Notes: generated from the letters alone by a model not told the origin. A DNA stretch of 64,000 bases from Octopus sinensis (GCF_006345805.1 NC_042997.1:184140001-184204000); one strand, 5' to 3'. Shown: positions 12,870 through 26,426, counted from the stretch's first letter. Translations and numbers: made by a program.

Positions 12870-13260
12870 CTAGCAGTATCGCCCGGCGTTGCTCGGATTT
12901 GTAAGGGAAATAACTATATAAGCATTTTTAGAGAGTTATAGCCAAAATATAGCAAAAAATGCATTAAAAAATGGAAAAAAATTATGGTAAATTTTTTAAA
13001 AATCGATGACTCATCGTAGACATTTTTAGAGAGTTACTTCCCTTATATAATAGCGAAAAAATGCATTAAAATGGAAAAAATGGTAAATTTTTTAAAAATC
13101 GTAGACTCATCGTAGACGCGCGCTAATACCCAGAAGGGCTCGATATGAATCACGACTATAAGATACCCGGTTTTGGTTAAACTGCACCGCAAAATGTGGG
13201 AGTAGTTAGGAATCTAAATCGTAGGAGACAGACACACAACTTGACTTTTATATATAAAGA
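12870..13260 (-). mobile_element. Non-autonomous Helitron nested in the larger Helitron
   Basis: TCTTTATATATAAAAG start, ccgagcaacgccgggcgatactgCTAG end, A|T target; 3' end nearly identical to that of 10676-11059. Confidence 0.9.
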
Positions 13261-13309
13261 TATCCAAATTGTAATGATAATAAAATTTAGAACTGAAAAT
13301 CTGTCAATC

Positions 13310-13900
13310 TTAGGGTAAACAATATTCATTGTGTAATTTTTTGTTGATGTCCAACTCATGATCAAACAACGTAGCGTTGGCCGGGGGAGAAGCATGTAGT
13401 AGAGAGATGAAATCGAACTACCTTGAGGGCTTGACCTTGAGATTTGCTAATCGAAATACCAAATCTTAGTTTGACTGGAAACTGAAGCGTCTTAAATTGA
13501 AATGGAACATCTGCAGATATGAAAGGAAATTTTGGAATAAAGACATTTTTTTCTTTGTGACTACCTACTATGAGTGTTGCCTGTAGGACATGTGTGCTTC
13601 ATGGAATTAACAATTAAGCGAGTTCCACTACACAGACGAGATGGGTCAAGCAACATAATGGGAGCATCCAGCTTTAGTGTCAAGTTATGCGGTGACATCC
13701 CAGTGGGTTTAAGTGTGTTCAGAAATTCAACAGTGTGTTGAACAGCTTGATCTTGATCGACTGTTGTGTGAATCGATAGAAAAGTCATTTCTGGTGTATC
13801 TGTTAACTGTTGAAGTTCATGATTGTGTTTATCAACCATTACATTAGTTGGCGCCAGTATAGCCCTTTCACATAGCCAGTTTACATCAGTGTCATTGACA
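13310..13900 (-). pseudogene. Helitron Rep/Hel Pif1-family helicase C-terminal fragment
   Basis: WLCERAILAPTN...VEFLNTLKPTGMSPHNLTLKLDAPIMLL..LCSGTRL, then after a frameshift FQFKTLQFPVKLRFGISISKSQGQAL...CFSPGQRYV. Confidence 0.9.
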
Positions 13901-14563
13901 ATCATACGTACACTTACACATACATACACTCTCACATATACTCACATACATATAAGACATACACACAGAGACATACATTTACATAACGAACGTGCAAACA
14001 CACATAGACAGACACCTACACACTCATATAGAAAACATGTCGTGGTATAAAATGTCCCTTACTATGTCGTACGTAACGAACGCGCAAACACACATACACA
14101 CACACACACACATACACTCACAGACACATATACTCTTATATACAAAATGTGTCGTGGTGGTGGTGGTATAAAATGTGTCGTGGTGGTACGTAACGAACGC
14201 GCAAACACACACATACTCACAGACACATATACACTTATGTACAAAATGTGTGGTGGTGCTATAAAATGTCCTTTACTATGTCGTACGTAACGAACGCGCA
14301 AACACACACACAGACAGATACATACACCATCATATACAAAATGTGTCGTGGTGGTGGTTGTGGTATAAAATATCGTTTACTATAATTGACTATAGAAAAC
14401 AATTTTCGAGGAAATGTTATATTGTTTTAATCGAAATGAAAAAAATTACACGTTAACACTCGCGGTGTTTAATACTATTACTTTGTAAATTTGATTTGAT
14501 TTGAAGGAGCCGTTTGAAATTGCATAGGGAACAGACAGACAGACAGACAAAGAGTTATATATA

Positions 14564-14601
<38 letters not shown>

Positions 14602-16899
14602 AGATGAAAAAATGATGTTGGATTCTTACACCCACATTAACACGCTCGTCAAACGTTTTTTTTCTCTATGGTTCAGCGTAGAATTTTCATTTATGATTTG
14701 AGATTTTAGTTGATATATTCTCACTTGATAGACTAATTGCAGTTTTGTTCAACGTAGTTGGAGCCAAATAGTCGACTCCTATTTTGCAATAAGCAGTCAG
14801 TTAAGTTTAAGTTTTCCTTCATTACCAGGAATAATGTCAGCTTTGCCGTATAAATATATTTGTTCAATCTCTATATTGTTTTAAGCTCTCATAAAATAGA
14901 GGAATATAATACAGAATATTATTGATATAAAAATAATAACAGTATGACTGAAGTTTACTTCGTAAATGTGTGGTTCGGGGTTCGAATTCTTTACATGACG
15001 TTTTGGACATAACCTAGGGTCGACCAGTGTATTGGGAATGGAATTTCGTAGACGGAAACGAAGAAATAGCGTGGAAACATATTGTGTGTGTTCGTACACA
15101 CGCACACACTCACACGATGGATTAGGTAGCCAAAATTTCGAAGTCACTATCAACAACATCCTTGTATAAGAATAAAAAATTTGTATCCTACAAAAGTATA
15201 AAGAAATCCATCAGATTATTGTCAAATTGTTTTTATTATAATTGAACAAAGAAACAAACTATATACACATATTTATGTATGTATATGTGTGTGTATATAT
15301 AAAACCAATGTTGTCTTCGAAACATATGTCGAAAGTAAAAGAATTTGAATAGTATCTGCGTTCAACTCCATTTATTTACTTATATATATATATATATATA
15401 TACACACACATATATATACATGCATGTATGTATACATACATACACACCCATATATCCATGTGTCTGTGTGCGTGTATATATATATATATATATATACATA
15501 TATGTGCATATACATATATATAAATACATACACACATAAATACAAAACGGCGTTAGTTTCGAATAACTGCGACATTTATTAAGCAGTGGTAACTCTACAT
15601 GTATTTGTTTGAAATCCTTAGCTATGGGGGTTGAGATTAATAAGAAAGCATCCCTTTCTTCTTTTAGACAAACAGAACCGTAATTGGGTAATCTTCTTAG
15701 TGATCTATTTCGACATAGTTGTCTCTCAACAGGAACATTGAATCATTATTCTTCAGCTGCCTAGAGAAGAACTTTATTTCACTATACTACCTCTTGCGTC
15801 GTAGCTAGCTGATCGAAGAAACAACATACCATTCCTTGCAGAGAAAAAAAGCGGACAGGCAAATAACAATAATCTATAATTTTCCTCATTTATATGCTGA
15901 CGTTTCTTAAAAATGAATCTTGATGTTGATCTCTTCAGGCACAGCTATCGTTTATAGTTACAATGTAAATATGGTCTCGTCTTGTATTACCGTTTGTTGA
16001 ATGACAAAGGAAGTAATATTTCTAAGCTCATCCTCTAAAAAAAAAAGAAAAAAAAAAAGACCACAGCCATATGTCATTGCCGCATATTATCTCTCCGTTG
16101 ATGTTTCCACAGGTCAAATTTCTAATAATTCATTCGAAGCAAACAAAATAAATTCAACTTCGTTTGTTTTTATGAGTTTATATGAATTCTTCCATGTTTA
16201 ACGCATCAAAGAATTTCAGTAGAAGATTGGCAGAATCGATGCTGGAGCGTCGGACAAAAGATTATTCGTGAGAAGGTTCGTCAGAAATTTGAAGACAAAA
16301 TTTCAGTGATTCAAAACTAGTCCACATACACTGTTTCCTGCTCTTCTTTCCACTGAAAATGGAGCAGAAAATCAGTAGAGATTTAGAAAAGAATTCTGGT
16401 TTAAAATACAGTGCTGGACTAACTTTGAGATATCTGTTTGATAAAATGGTTTCGAACCGTACTGAAATGCATTTTGAAAGGCAAGAGGGAATATATATTT
16501 TCCTTTGTTAGCAGACAAGAGGGAATATATATTTTCCTTTGTTAGCAGAATTTGAAACAGACTCCAATTCTATGAACCTGTTTTCAGAAATACCTACCTT
16601 CAAACAAAATGTACAAACTAAACGGATACACACACACATATGCACACACGTATATGTTTCCACGCATTAAAGAATTTCAGTAGAAGAGTGGCAGAATCGC
16701 TGCTAGAGCGTCGGACAAATGACTAGTAAAGTACTTAGGGCGGGTACTATTTATACTCCTATAATGCACCCTAGACGGAAAAACAGAATTTAAGGACCGA
16801 ATCTCATATATGTTACGTCGTTATGTACTACATAGAATTCTCTTCCAATGCTGGTGAAATAACGTTCCTATTTGTGCGTTTATTGCTGTAAACCTAATA

Positions 16900-17300
16900 G
16901 ATGAACACATCAAAAATCTAATAAAACAGAACATAAAATTCCTTTAATCAAACCATAAACTAGCACAAATAATATATTACAAAACACTCTTGTTATCAAT
17001 GAGAAACTATAATCATGTATACCGCACCCCCGCGAATAAGCAACAAATTGCCAATGTAATTTATGCATTCTGTCACGGATGCGAAAGCTTTAAAATGTCA
17101 CGTTTACAAATGCTATATTGGCTATACAGATATGATACTTCCTCGTTGGCTCAGCTTGCACTTACAAGGAGCAATTGTGTTGCAGTACACTGCAAAACAC
17201 AAAGCAGTTCTGGTTACTTCATCTTTTGGTTTATATAATTTACGTTGTACCAGGTCTCTATAAAACGTAGGCATAAACACTAGACATAATGATCAAGGAC
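16900..17300 (+). mobile_element. Decayed Penelope-like GIY-YIG fragment
   Basis: Overlapping ORFs give ANVIYAFCHGC (16990 ORF) and KCYIGYTDMILPRWLSLHLQGAI (17063 ORF), the bipartite VIY/YIG motif. Confidence 0.7.
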
Positions 17301-17344
17301 AAAGAAAGGAAGTGTGCATAATTGTAGAAATTAATTGTCCTAAC

Positions 17345-17495
17345 AAATAAGACTCCGGGACTTATTCTTTTGTAAGCCCAGTACTTATTCTATCGGTCTC
17401 TTTTGCCGAACCGCTAAGTAACGGGGACATAAACACACCAGCATCTGTTGTCAAGCAATGCTAGGGGGACAAACACAGACGCACAAACATACACG

Positions 17496-17541
<46 letters not shown>

Positions 17542-17708
17542 TACGACGGGCTTCTTTCAGTTTCCGTCTACCAAATCCACTCACAAGGCTTTGGTCGGCC
17601 CGAGGCTATAGCAGAAGACACTTGCCCAAGATGCCACGCAGTGGGACTGAACCCGGAACCATGTGTTTGGTAGACAAGCTACTTACCACACAGCCACTCC
17701 TGCGCCTA
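17345..17708 (-). mobile_element. SINE group B, tail truncated
   Basis: Homologous to 11421-11871 in reverse orientation. Confidence 0.85.
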
Positions 17709-17829
17709 TACGTATATGTATTAATACGTATATGTATTAATACAGACATTTACCCTTTCACATTTTTACTCTTTTACCTGTTTCACTCTGCAAGCTGGGG
17801 TCATGCTGCAACGCTTTTACTCATCTCTA

Positions 17830-18085
17830 CCCTTTAGTGGTTTTTTGGTAAATGCAGGAATTCAATAGTGCTGTCCTCACTTGCGTTTCTTGCCGTGAGG
17901 TAGGTTCATCCGGAATCTTAGATTGTAGGATGTCCTGTCATTTCCTGAAAACGTCCACATCTATACCATGTGGATGTTCTCAAGCTATTGCTACATCTGG
18001 TCCTAAATCTACATGGCAAAGGTGGTACCTTTGGCATTATGCAATGGTGTCCTGTTCTGTGATTTTTGTTGCTCTGAATGCCAAA
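17830..18085 (-). mobile_element. CR1-type LINE ORF2 3' end
   Basis: NHRTGHHCIMPKVPPLPCRFRTRCSNSL and HGIDVDVFRK*QDILQSKIPDEPTSRQETQVRTALLNS resemble CR1-clade C-termini (FKxxLDxxLxxIPDEP). Confidence 0.65.
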
Positions 18086-18494
18086 AGATCTGATTTTTTC
18101 TCAAATGATAGTTTTGCAAATAATATAGTGCAAAATGCAATAATTCAGGTTATTTTCTTTGACACTATATCATCTAAAAATACAGTATTTCTGCATAAAT
18201 TCTCTTTTGTTACTTTGTGTTCTAGAATCAGTCTTCAAAAAAAATCTTGTGATTGGTTTTCGCTAACATAAAAATTGCTATCTACACACTTGATACTGTG
18301 AAATTACAGATTTTCATGTGTGAAGTGCTACGCTAATGTATCAAACTGAAAATATTTCTGAACTTTTCATATGGAATATTTGCGTGTATGGAATGGCATT
18401 AGAAACTGAGTGGTGCCGAAACAGATGTAACTGGTAATTAAAAATGTGCTAAAATCTTTCTTTATTTTCCTATTTGGATTACACACACACACAT

Positions 18495-18529
<35 letters not shown>

Positions 18530-18783
18530 TAATGCAAGGTAAACTTAGTTGTGTGATTTTGATAAACACTTTTTAGCTAAGTAATGACAAGTTGCTCGAC
18601 TTAGTTTAATCGCATTGCTAGAGATCGGGCGTTCACACTCACAATGACAAAATGACGTCGTTTAACTACAGTCTTTCTCTTTCACTTTGAGACTAAATGT
18701 GTGTTTACTGAAATGATGATTTGAGTAGGCGACGTAACGTCTCTGATCCAGAAGTTTGGGTGTGCCTCTGAGTGATTTTATAC

Positions 18784-19014
18784 CTATTTCTTTACTACCC
18801 ACAAGGGGCTAAACACAGAGGGGACAAATAAGGACAGACACACGGATTAAGTCGATAACATCGACCCCAGTGCGTAACTGGTACTTATTTAATCGACTCC
18901 GAAAGGATGAAAGGCAAAGTCGACCTCGGCGGAATTTGAACTCAGAACGTAGCGGCAGACGAAATACCGCAAAACATTTCGCCCGGCGTGCTAACGATTC
19001 TTCCAGCTCGCCAC
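18784..19014 (-). mobile_element. SINE group A
   Basis: Reverse complement of the 3762 family. Confidence 0.9.
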
Positions 19015-19270
19015 CAATCAGTTGGGTAGCCTGTTTATAGGATGCGGTCTTGGATGTCTGTAACACTGCTTCAGATGTGAGAGCGATACGCTATTGAAGG
19101 TCTCACCAGAGCTTTGTATAAGTTGAGTAACTGTTGGAAGCTGAAGTATTTTTTCACGTCTCTGAAGAGTAAGTCAGTCTTTGTAATGCAGACTTTGTAA
19201 TGCTTAGGATGTGAGATGGACTAGGAGAGGCATTGTCTGTGATCGTAAAACCTAGCATTGTAGAAGTGAT
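19015..19270 (-). mobile_element. Decayed CR1/L2-like LINE ORF2 fragment
   Basis: Minus-strand KKYFSFQQLLNLYKALVRPSIAYRSHI* resembles the LLYKxxVRPxxEYxSxxW motif downstream of RT. Confidence 0.55.
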
Positions 19271-19877
19271 TTGAGTGTTCTTGTTACGTATTGTTCATGT
19301 TTAAACAGTGTACAAAAACCGTTCTTAATATGTATAGTGATTGTGTCTTTGTGCTGTTACCCACACATATACACATATATAGAATAATATACACAGGCAT
19401 TTCAAAAGTAAATAGACACCGTTATTTTGAAAGATTTATTCCTAGAAACAAAATGTCGTTTAATGCGTTTAAATACGGGCATCGTATTAATGACTAGTTT
19501 CCATGCAAACAAAACGATATAACGGGCGGTATCTATTTACACATGTGCGGTGTCTACATATTTACACAGAGCGGTGTCTGTGTACATATGTTGTCTTTCT
19601 GTCCCTACCAGAAGATATTATATCACATCTGAATCTGTATTATCCATAGTATACTAATCTAGACTCATTCCAAGCATTTATCTCTCAACATCTCCTTTCC
19701 GTTGTGTTGTACCGCTCTAACATTATACAAAACTATTTTTCTACCAAATACTTCTTTATCAGAATCTTTAGTCTTCTGAAATTCAATTTATACAAGCCTT
19801 ATTTGTGCAGACAAACAAGTACTGTTCCATATTAAATATTAACCATACTTAACTATCAAGATTTAAAATCTAGAAAG

Positions 19878-20591
19878 CAGTGGCAACTGGTAGATAAAAT
19901 TAGTGGGGGGTGCTGCTTCCGAAAATTTTTAACCGTTGTTTTAATATTTTGTAAAAGGAAACAAACATATAAAAAGGAAATTTATACATTAACTTGATCG
20001 GTTCGTGTTTTAGCCACTGCCGGGTAGTGTGTTTAATTTATTCACTGGACACCATTGCGAATTTCCCCTTGTTTTTCAAAAATCCACCCTAAATCACAAA
20101 ATAAGTGGGGAGGGAAATCTGTTTTATTTTTCGAATCCTGGCAGCAACACTATAGCTGGAAGCAGAATAATAATCCTCATTCAACATATTATCACATTCA
20201 AGAATATAAACACGTTTTTAAGCACAACACACTTGGAATAAAAAAAAACAAAACTACCTTTCAACAGCACACCAGAGTCGGCACTGCGGGAACCACAGCG
20301 CTCTCTCTCCTGAACGTGCAGCTTCCTATCTCGGACATGCGAGCATGCGCACAACAACCAAACATTGCGTCGCTGGAACTGTGAAGCGCACAGTTTTATA
20401 CAAGGATTTTTGTATTTTTTTTCATAAACTAGGAGATGGGCTACTGTCATTAAGTTTAAGGATTATATAATGTACAAGTATAAAGAAAGAATTAAAGAAA
20501 AAAGGACCCATTATATTGAATGATATCGATAATATCGAGTGGAAATAGGGGGTGCTGCACTTTTGCAGTGCCTATACACGAGTCGCCACTG
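19878..20591. mobile_element. Non-autonomous hAT DNA transposon
   Basis: TIRs CAGTGGCAACT / AGTCGCCACTG and a perfect 8-bp TSD ctagaaag at 19870-19877 and 20592-20599. Confidence 0.9.
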
Positions 20592-21295
20592 CTAGAAAGA
20601 TCTCAAAAATTATAGACACTTTGTCTTCTTTTCATACCTAAAATAAAACAATTATTTATAACTCAATAAAAACCGTTTATTTCTAGATAAAAATTTATAT
20701 ACACATATATTCAATTCATTAATACACACTATATACCAGTTTGTATGCTTTTCAAAGACATTAATCAGAATACATAAATTGTAAAATGAAAGCATTTTTT
20801 TCAGTTTGAGCAATTGTTATTTGAGATAAAAGGAAAATGTTTTAGCTGTCTGATTGCACTCAAATTTATTATAGGGAACAGAAATGTTAAATTGTTGTCT
20901 CAATCTGCTAGTAATATTGACTTGAAAGGTTAATAGGCAGCCATAAATTTTTGTAAACGCAATTTTATCCTGTCTTATAGTGAAACATATTTCTTGCTCT
21001 TTTAACAATAGATTTTCTATGATGTATAACGACAAGTAAACAGTAATATTCGTTTTCAATTGCTTTCTTTGCTGTTGTTATCAGCTCGGAAGGAAATTAC
21101 GTCTCCGTTATCTTGCAATAAAATGATAATAATGTTAGGTATGACTTCGCAGTTTAAATTTACGCTTAAACTGATTGTATAATTTGTTAAAAGTTTGGTG
21201 AAATATATAGAGGTCACCAGGTGTAACTGTGAAATTGTAGTTGGTAAGGAGTTTCTTAAGACTGTCTGTAGCAGGTTGAAAAGGCTGTGTGTTGC

Positions 21296-21672
21296 TTACT
21301 CTTTTACTGGTTTCAGTCATTTGACTGTGGCCATGCTGGAGCACTGCCTTTAGTCGAGCAAATCGACGCCAAGACTTATTCTTTGTAAGCTTAGTACTTA
21401 TTCTATCGGTGTCTTTTGCCGAACCGCTAAGTTACGGGGACGTAAACACACCAGCATCGGTTGTCAAGCGATGTTGGGGGGGGGGACAAACACAGACACA
21501 TGAGCACACACAGACACACACACACATATACATATATACGACGGGCTTCTTTCAGTTTCCGTCTACCAAATCCACTCACAAGGCTTTGGTCGGCCCGAGG
21601 CTATAGTAGAGGACACTTGCCCAAGGTGCCACGCAGTAGGACTGAATCCAGAACCATGTGGTTCGTAAGCAA
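21296..21672 (-). mobile_element. SINE group B
   Basis: Homology to other group B copies; head truncated. Confidence 0.85.
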
Positions 21673-21890
21673 TTTAATTATTTTCAGATACATTGAATGG
21701 AATTTGTGCAAAAAGGTTTATAGTCTCATTTATTCAATGGTTACGAAGTTTTTCACGACTACATCTTGGAAGTAATTACAAATGTAAGTTTTGTTTTGAC
21801 AGAATTTCTTGTAGTAGGCTGCTCCTAAGTTGCAGTGAAGCTCGCGCGTAATTACCATTGATGACAAGTAGCAGTGGAAAAATTAAACAG

Positions 21891-21929
<39 letters not shown>

Positions 21930-22011
21930 TTAACTCTAAAAAGTTTCTGGGAAAAGAGAATTGCTATATTTTCAGAAGAGGGGGTTTCTCTATGTAATCC
22001 CAATATATATA

Positions 22012-22228
22012 TTTCTTTATTGCCCACAAGAGGACAAACAAGGACAGACAAAGAGATTAAGTCGATTACATCGACCCCAGTGCGTAACTGGTACTTTATT
22101 TATCGACTCCAAAAGTATGAAAGGCAAAGTCGACCTCGGCGGAATTTGAACACAGAACCAAGTGTCAGACGAAATACTGCTAAGCATTTCGCCCGGCGTG
22201 CTAATGTTTCTGCCAGCTCGCCGCCTTA
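22012..22228 (-). mobile_element. SINE group A
   Basis: Homology to the 3762 family. Confidence 0.85.
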
Positions 22229-22624
22229 ACGTAATCTTAATACATAGCTGTGCTGTACAAGGTCAATAATAGTGAAATAGAACGAACTATTTAAATTGAA
22301 ATCTGTCTCACCTAAGACACCGGCGGATTTGACAGGTGAACACTAATAAGTTTTTGAGAACAAAAGACAAAAGCATTGAAGATTGAGGTTTTAATTCTTA
22401 GTTACGAATTCAGTATGTGTCTTTTAACCATGATATTGCGGTAATTTTATGCAACTGGATTTTTGCAAGATTTATTAAAGTTCACATGGAAAATTGATCC
22501 AGTAGGAAGAGATCAATGTTAAATTTAAAATAAAGCTACCTGACTATTCACAGTTTTGAAGTCCCATGTGTTTATAACCAAAATCTCAGTAGCAAGATTC
22601 CTGTTAAAAATGTCTGTATACAAT

Positions 22625-23174
22625 AAAAGTGGCTGAGTGGTAAGAGTTTGCCTTCCAAACACATGATTCCAGGTTCAACCCCACTAGCGTGGCGCATGGT
22701 TAAATGTCTTCTACAATAGCCTCCGACTGACCAAAGCCTTTTATTAGATTTAGTTGACGGAAGCTGAAAAACATCCGTCGTATATATATATATATATATA
22801 TATACAAAATTAAGAGGAATGACCACTAAAGTGGATACCCTATATGCTAAACATAGACGTCAAATCGCCATTACCACGAATACTATGTTCTCAAGAAAAA
22901 AATCCCAGCAATACGCCATAATGTAAAAAAATTTTTTTCATTTTTTTTTACGTTTTTACATTTTGGCGTTTTGCTGGGATTTTTTTCTTGAGAACTTATT
23001 CTTCGTGGTAATGGCGATTTGACGTCTATGTTTAGCATATAGGGTGTCCTCTTTAGAGGTCATTCCTCTTAATTTTGTATGTAGCACAATTTTTAATCTT
23101 CGGATTTTTAATATGCTAAGCCACTGGTTTTAATTGATATTGATTAACATCAATTTCTACCCTTATTATTTAAT

Positions 23175-23240
<66 letters not shown>

Positions 23241-23445
23241 ATGTGTCCCACAGCACTTGACAACCATTGTTGGTGTGTTTGCGTTTTCGAAACTTAGCGG
23301 TTCGGCAAAAATGTGACGGTAGAATAAGTAACTAGCTTAAAAGAAAAGTACAGGGGTCGATTCGTTCGACTAAATTCTATTCTTCAAGGTGGTGCCCTAG
23401 CAGGGCGCAGTCTAATGACTGAAACAAGTAAGAGATAAAAGATAA
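22625..23445 (+). mobile_element. Old SINE group B split by an insertion into its central (TA)n
   Basis: Head half ~22625-22782 and tail half ~23220-23445. Confidence 0.8.
22802..23080. repeat. Long palindrome, arms ~128 bp
   Basis: atacaaaattaagaggaatgacc...aatgtaaaaa mirrored by tttttacatt...ggtcattcctcttaattttgtat with few mismatches. Confidence 0.95.
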
Positions 23446-24129
23446 TAGAGATTCCTGGCCGAGAGAATCATCTTAAAGTGGTTTCATCACCGACGGTGTA
23501 ACTGGGATAAATATTTGACTTGGGTCAGAAATTAGAAGAGAAAAGATAGATATCAGACAATTAACGCATCTAGATCTCAAAGACTGGATTAACGTGTAAG
23601 TAGCTGAGCTTTCCACTGTCACTGCACCATTAACCTAATTTCCAGGCAGAATCAGCGTGACACAATGTGTAACAAGACTATAAAGTTAAATAACATTTGA
23701 ACTCAGCCGACGGCTTTCTAAACAGTTTCCGTCCGCCCACTTGTGCTAACAAGATATAGGTCGACTTCAGAGTGACGTTTTCCCAACATACACGCAGCGG
23801 GATTGAATCTGAGGATTCGTGGTTGCGAAGCGCACTTTTTGAGCATTCGGCCATACTTTGCATACGCACACACACACACACAACACGGGTGCCAGAGCTG
23901 TAGTAGTCTCCCGTCCCGGAAAAATGCACGCGGATAACTATTTATGAAAGGATCTTTACCGTTTGATCTACAGATTTAAAAAATAATTTTTTGTAACTAA
24001 GCACTTTCAAACTTCAGACACTGGTAGAATGTGTCATATAAAACATCTTTTACTCTTAGCAATTGAGTCAAATGACTGAAACAAGTAAAAGAGTAATATT
24101 TATTTGCACCTCCACAATACATACATGCA

Positions 24130-24193
<64 letters not shown>

Positions 24194-24568
24194 CATCCTT
24201 CCATCCTGTAATGCATTCACAGTTATGAAGGGTTAATACTAGAGATAGAGCAAAATAAATAACTAATTTAATTCCAACCGAAGTGACATTTTGTTTGTGA
24301 TTACCATATATCGCAGTTTCATCAACGAATCGTTAAAATCATAATTAATACCATTCTTAAAAAGGGGAGAAAATAAACTTTAATAGAAGAACGGTTAAGA
24401 TTCAGGTCAGTTTATAAGTCACGAAATAGGACAACTCAAATTATAAAAGGTGAAGCCGTATAAGGAGAATGATTTAAATGATATGAATAAAATAATTAAA
24501 ATACCATTAAACATGGAATTACATGAGAAGTATAAACACTTAAACACCGATATATAAATTACAATATT

Positions 24569-24970
24569 CTTTTCTACTTTAGACTCAAGGTCCGAAATTT
24601 TTGGGGAGAGGGCCAGTCGATTAGATTGACTCCAGCACGCAACTGGTACTTAATTTATCGACCCCAAAAGGATGAAAGGCAAAGACTACCAAGATAGAAT
24701 TTGAACTTAGAGCGTAAAGACAGATGAAATACCAATTTCTATTTCTTTACTACCTACAAGGGGCTAAACACAGAGAGGACAAACAAGGACAGACAAACGT
24801 ATTAAGTCGATTACATCGGCCCCAGTACGTAATTGGTACTTAATTTATCGACCCCAAAAGGATGAAAGCAAAGTCGACCACGGCGGAATTTGAACTCAGA
24901 ACGTAACGGCAGGCGAAATACGGCTACGCATTTCGCCCGACGTGCTAACATTTCTGCCAGCTCGCCGCCT
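24569..24970 (-). mobile_element. Heterodimeric SINE group A
   Basis: One head and two bodies with different tails; 18-bp TSD tatataaattacaatatt at 24551-24568 and 24971-24988. Confidence 0.85.
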
Positions 24971-25567
24971 TATATAAATTACAATATTGTAGAATTAAAC
25001 TACTATGCAAGGATAGGTAGAATGTGCACCGTTAGGATATATCACAGAATATTTGTGATATTCGTTGCATCGCTCTACGTTATGAGTTCAAATCTCACCG
25101 AGGTTAACTTTGCCTTTCATCCCCACAAGCTCCATAGAACAGTGTACCAGTCAATTATTAGAATCGAATTTTATCTATAAATCTCCTCTCTCAAATTTCT
25201 GGCCTAGTGCCTATATTAGGCACTCCTGGGACAATGAACTAATCTTGAGAATAAGATAAAAATTAGAAATGAAAAATAGTATATGTTCGTATATTATATT
25301 AAAGACAGAATGTATAATTGATCACGGAAGTTTAGATCTATTTAGATTCGTACAGAAAAAGGCTGTTTATTTAACACAACTCCTCTATGGGGATTGTAAA
25401 AATTGATTCAAAATCTATAAATATATTCACACGGCAGATAAAACCCTCGTAGGCGAGTTATATTATTTGTTATAGTTCCAAGTATTTTAGTATATATAAT
25501 TGTTTATACAAGTTGAAATTATCTCAGAATTTCTATTGAGCAGGGAAAATTTTAAGATCAATATGTA

Positions 25568-26426
25568 CGAGGTGCGTTCAAAACGTATCCGACTTTATTT
25601 TTACTACCAAAACTAATTCCACGCGGGTAAAAATATTTCGATGAGAGGTGACGCCACCCTTTCCGCGCATGCCCGAAAATTTTCGGTAAGCGAGTCAGTT
25701 CCTGGCTGTTACACCTAGGGTACAGACGTGTAGTGCGTACACGTCAGATTTCCGTTTTTACGCAATACAACCGAGCGCACCGAGTAGAGACTATAAACCC
25801 ATGTCTCATCACCAGTGACGATGGTCTTCATGAAGTCTGGGTCGTGTTTTGTACAGGCCATCATATCCTGAGCGATTTCCATACGGAGTTGCTTCTGTAA
25901 CTCCGAATTTCGCCGACACTCTGCATGCACAAATCCTCCGTTAAAAGGGAATGCACTGATCCTGTGCTCGTTCACACTTCGTGAGCAATTTCCTTGATTG
26001 TTACACGACGGTCTTCCATAACTATTCGTAGAACCTTCTCAATTGGCTCCTCATTTCAGTTTGTGGATGGCCTACCTGAGCATACCTCGCTCTCCACTGA
26101 GGTGCAGCCAAGCTTGAAACGGTTGTACCACTTAATCTGAGTATTGTCCATGGCATCATCGCCAAAGGTCTGCTGAATCTTCTGGATGGTTTGAGCTTGA
26201 GTATCAACAAGCTTTTGGTAAAACTTGCTGCGAGATCTCTGCTCGATGCGTTCAATGAAAGCAAGCGAAAATCCAACGAGCACTCACTACATGTCTATAC
26301 TCTAGACATAACGCACAGCAACTGACGCGGCATTCCAGCAGGAAATATTTTTCGCGCATGCGCAGAAAGGATGGTGTCACATTCCACTCAAAAAAATGAA
26401 GTCGGATACTTTTTGAACACACATCG
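25568..26426 (-). mobile_element. Internally deleted mariner transposon
   Basis: TIRs cgaggtgcgttcaaaacgtatccgact / agtcggatactttttgaacacacatcg; transposase pieces IEQR..KF..WYNRFK..SGRPST and FMKTIVTGDETWVY; C-terminal half missing. Confidence 0.92.

Larger units (their letters stand above)
12748..14604 (-). mobile_element. Internally deleted Helitron carrying a Pif1-like helicase remnant
   Basis: 5' TC at 14604 followed by (TA)n and (TGTC)n; 3' cccgggcaacgccg hairpin and CTAG at 12748; helicase remnant inside; pairing of the two ends is inferred. Confidence 0.7.

Noticed and set aside
16200-16720. ~58-bp direct repeat (16201 and 16661) and ~33-bp tandem duplication (16482-16548)
   Set aside because: Ordinary small local duplications, partly degenerate SINE head
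20800-21890. Possible PLE RT remnants (NLFAQIP-like)
   Set aside because: Motif matches too weak by eye; needs a profile search
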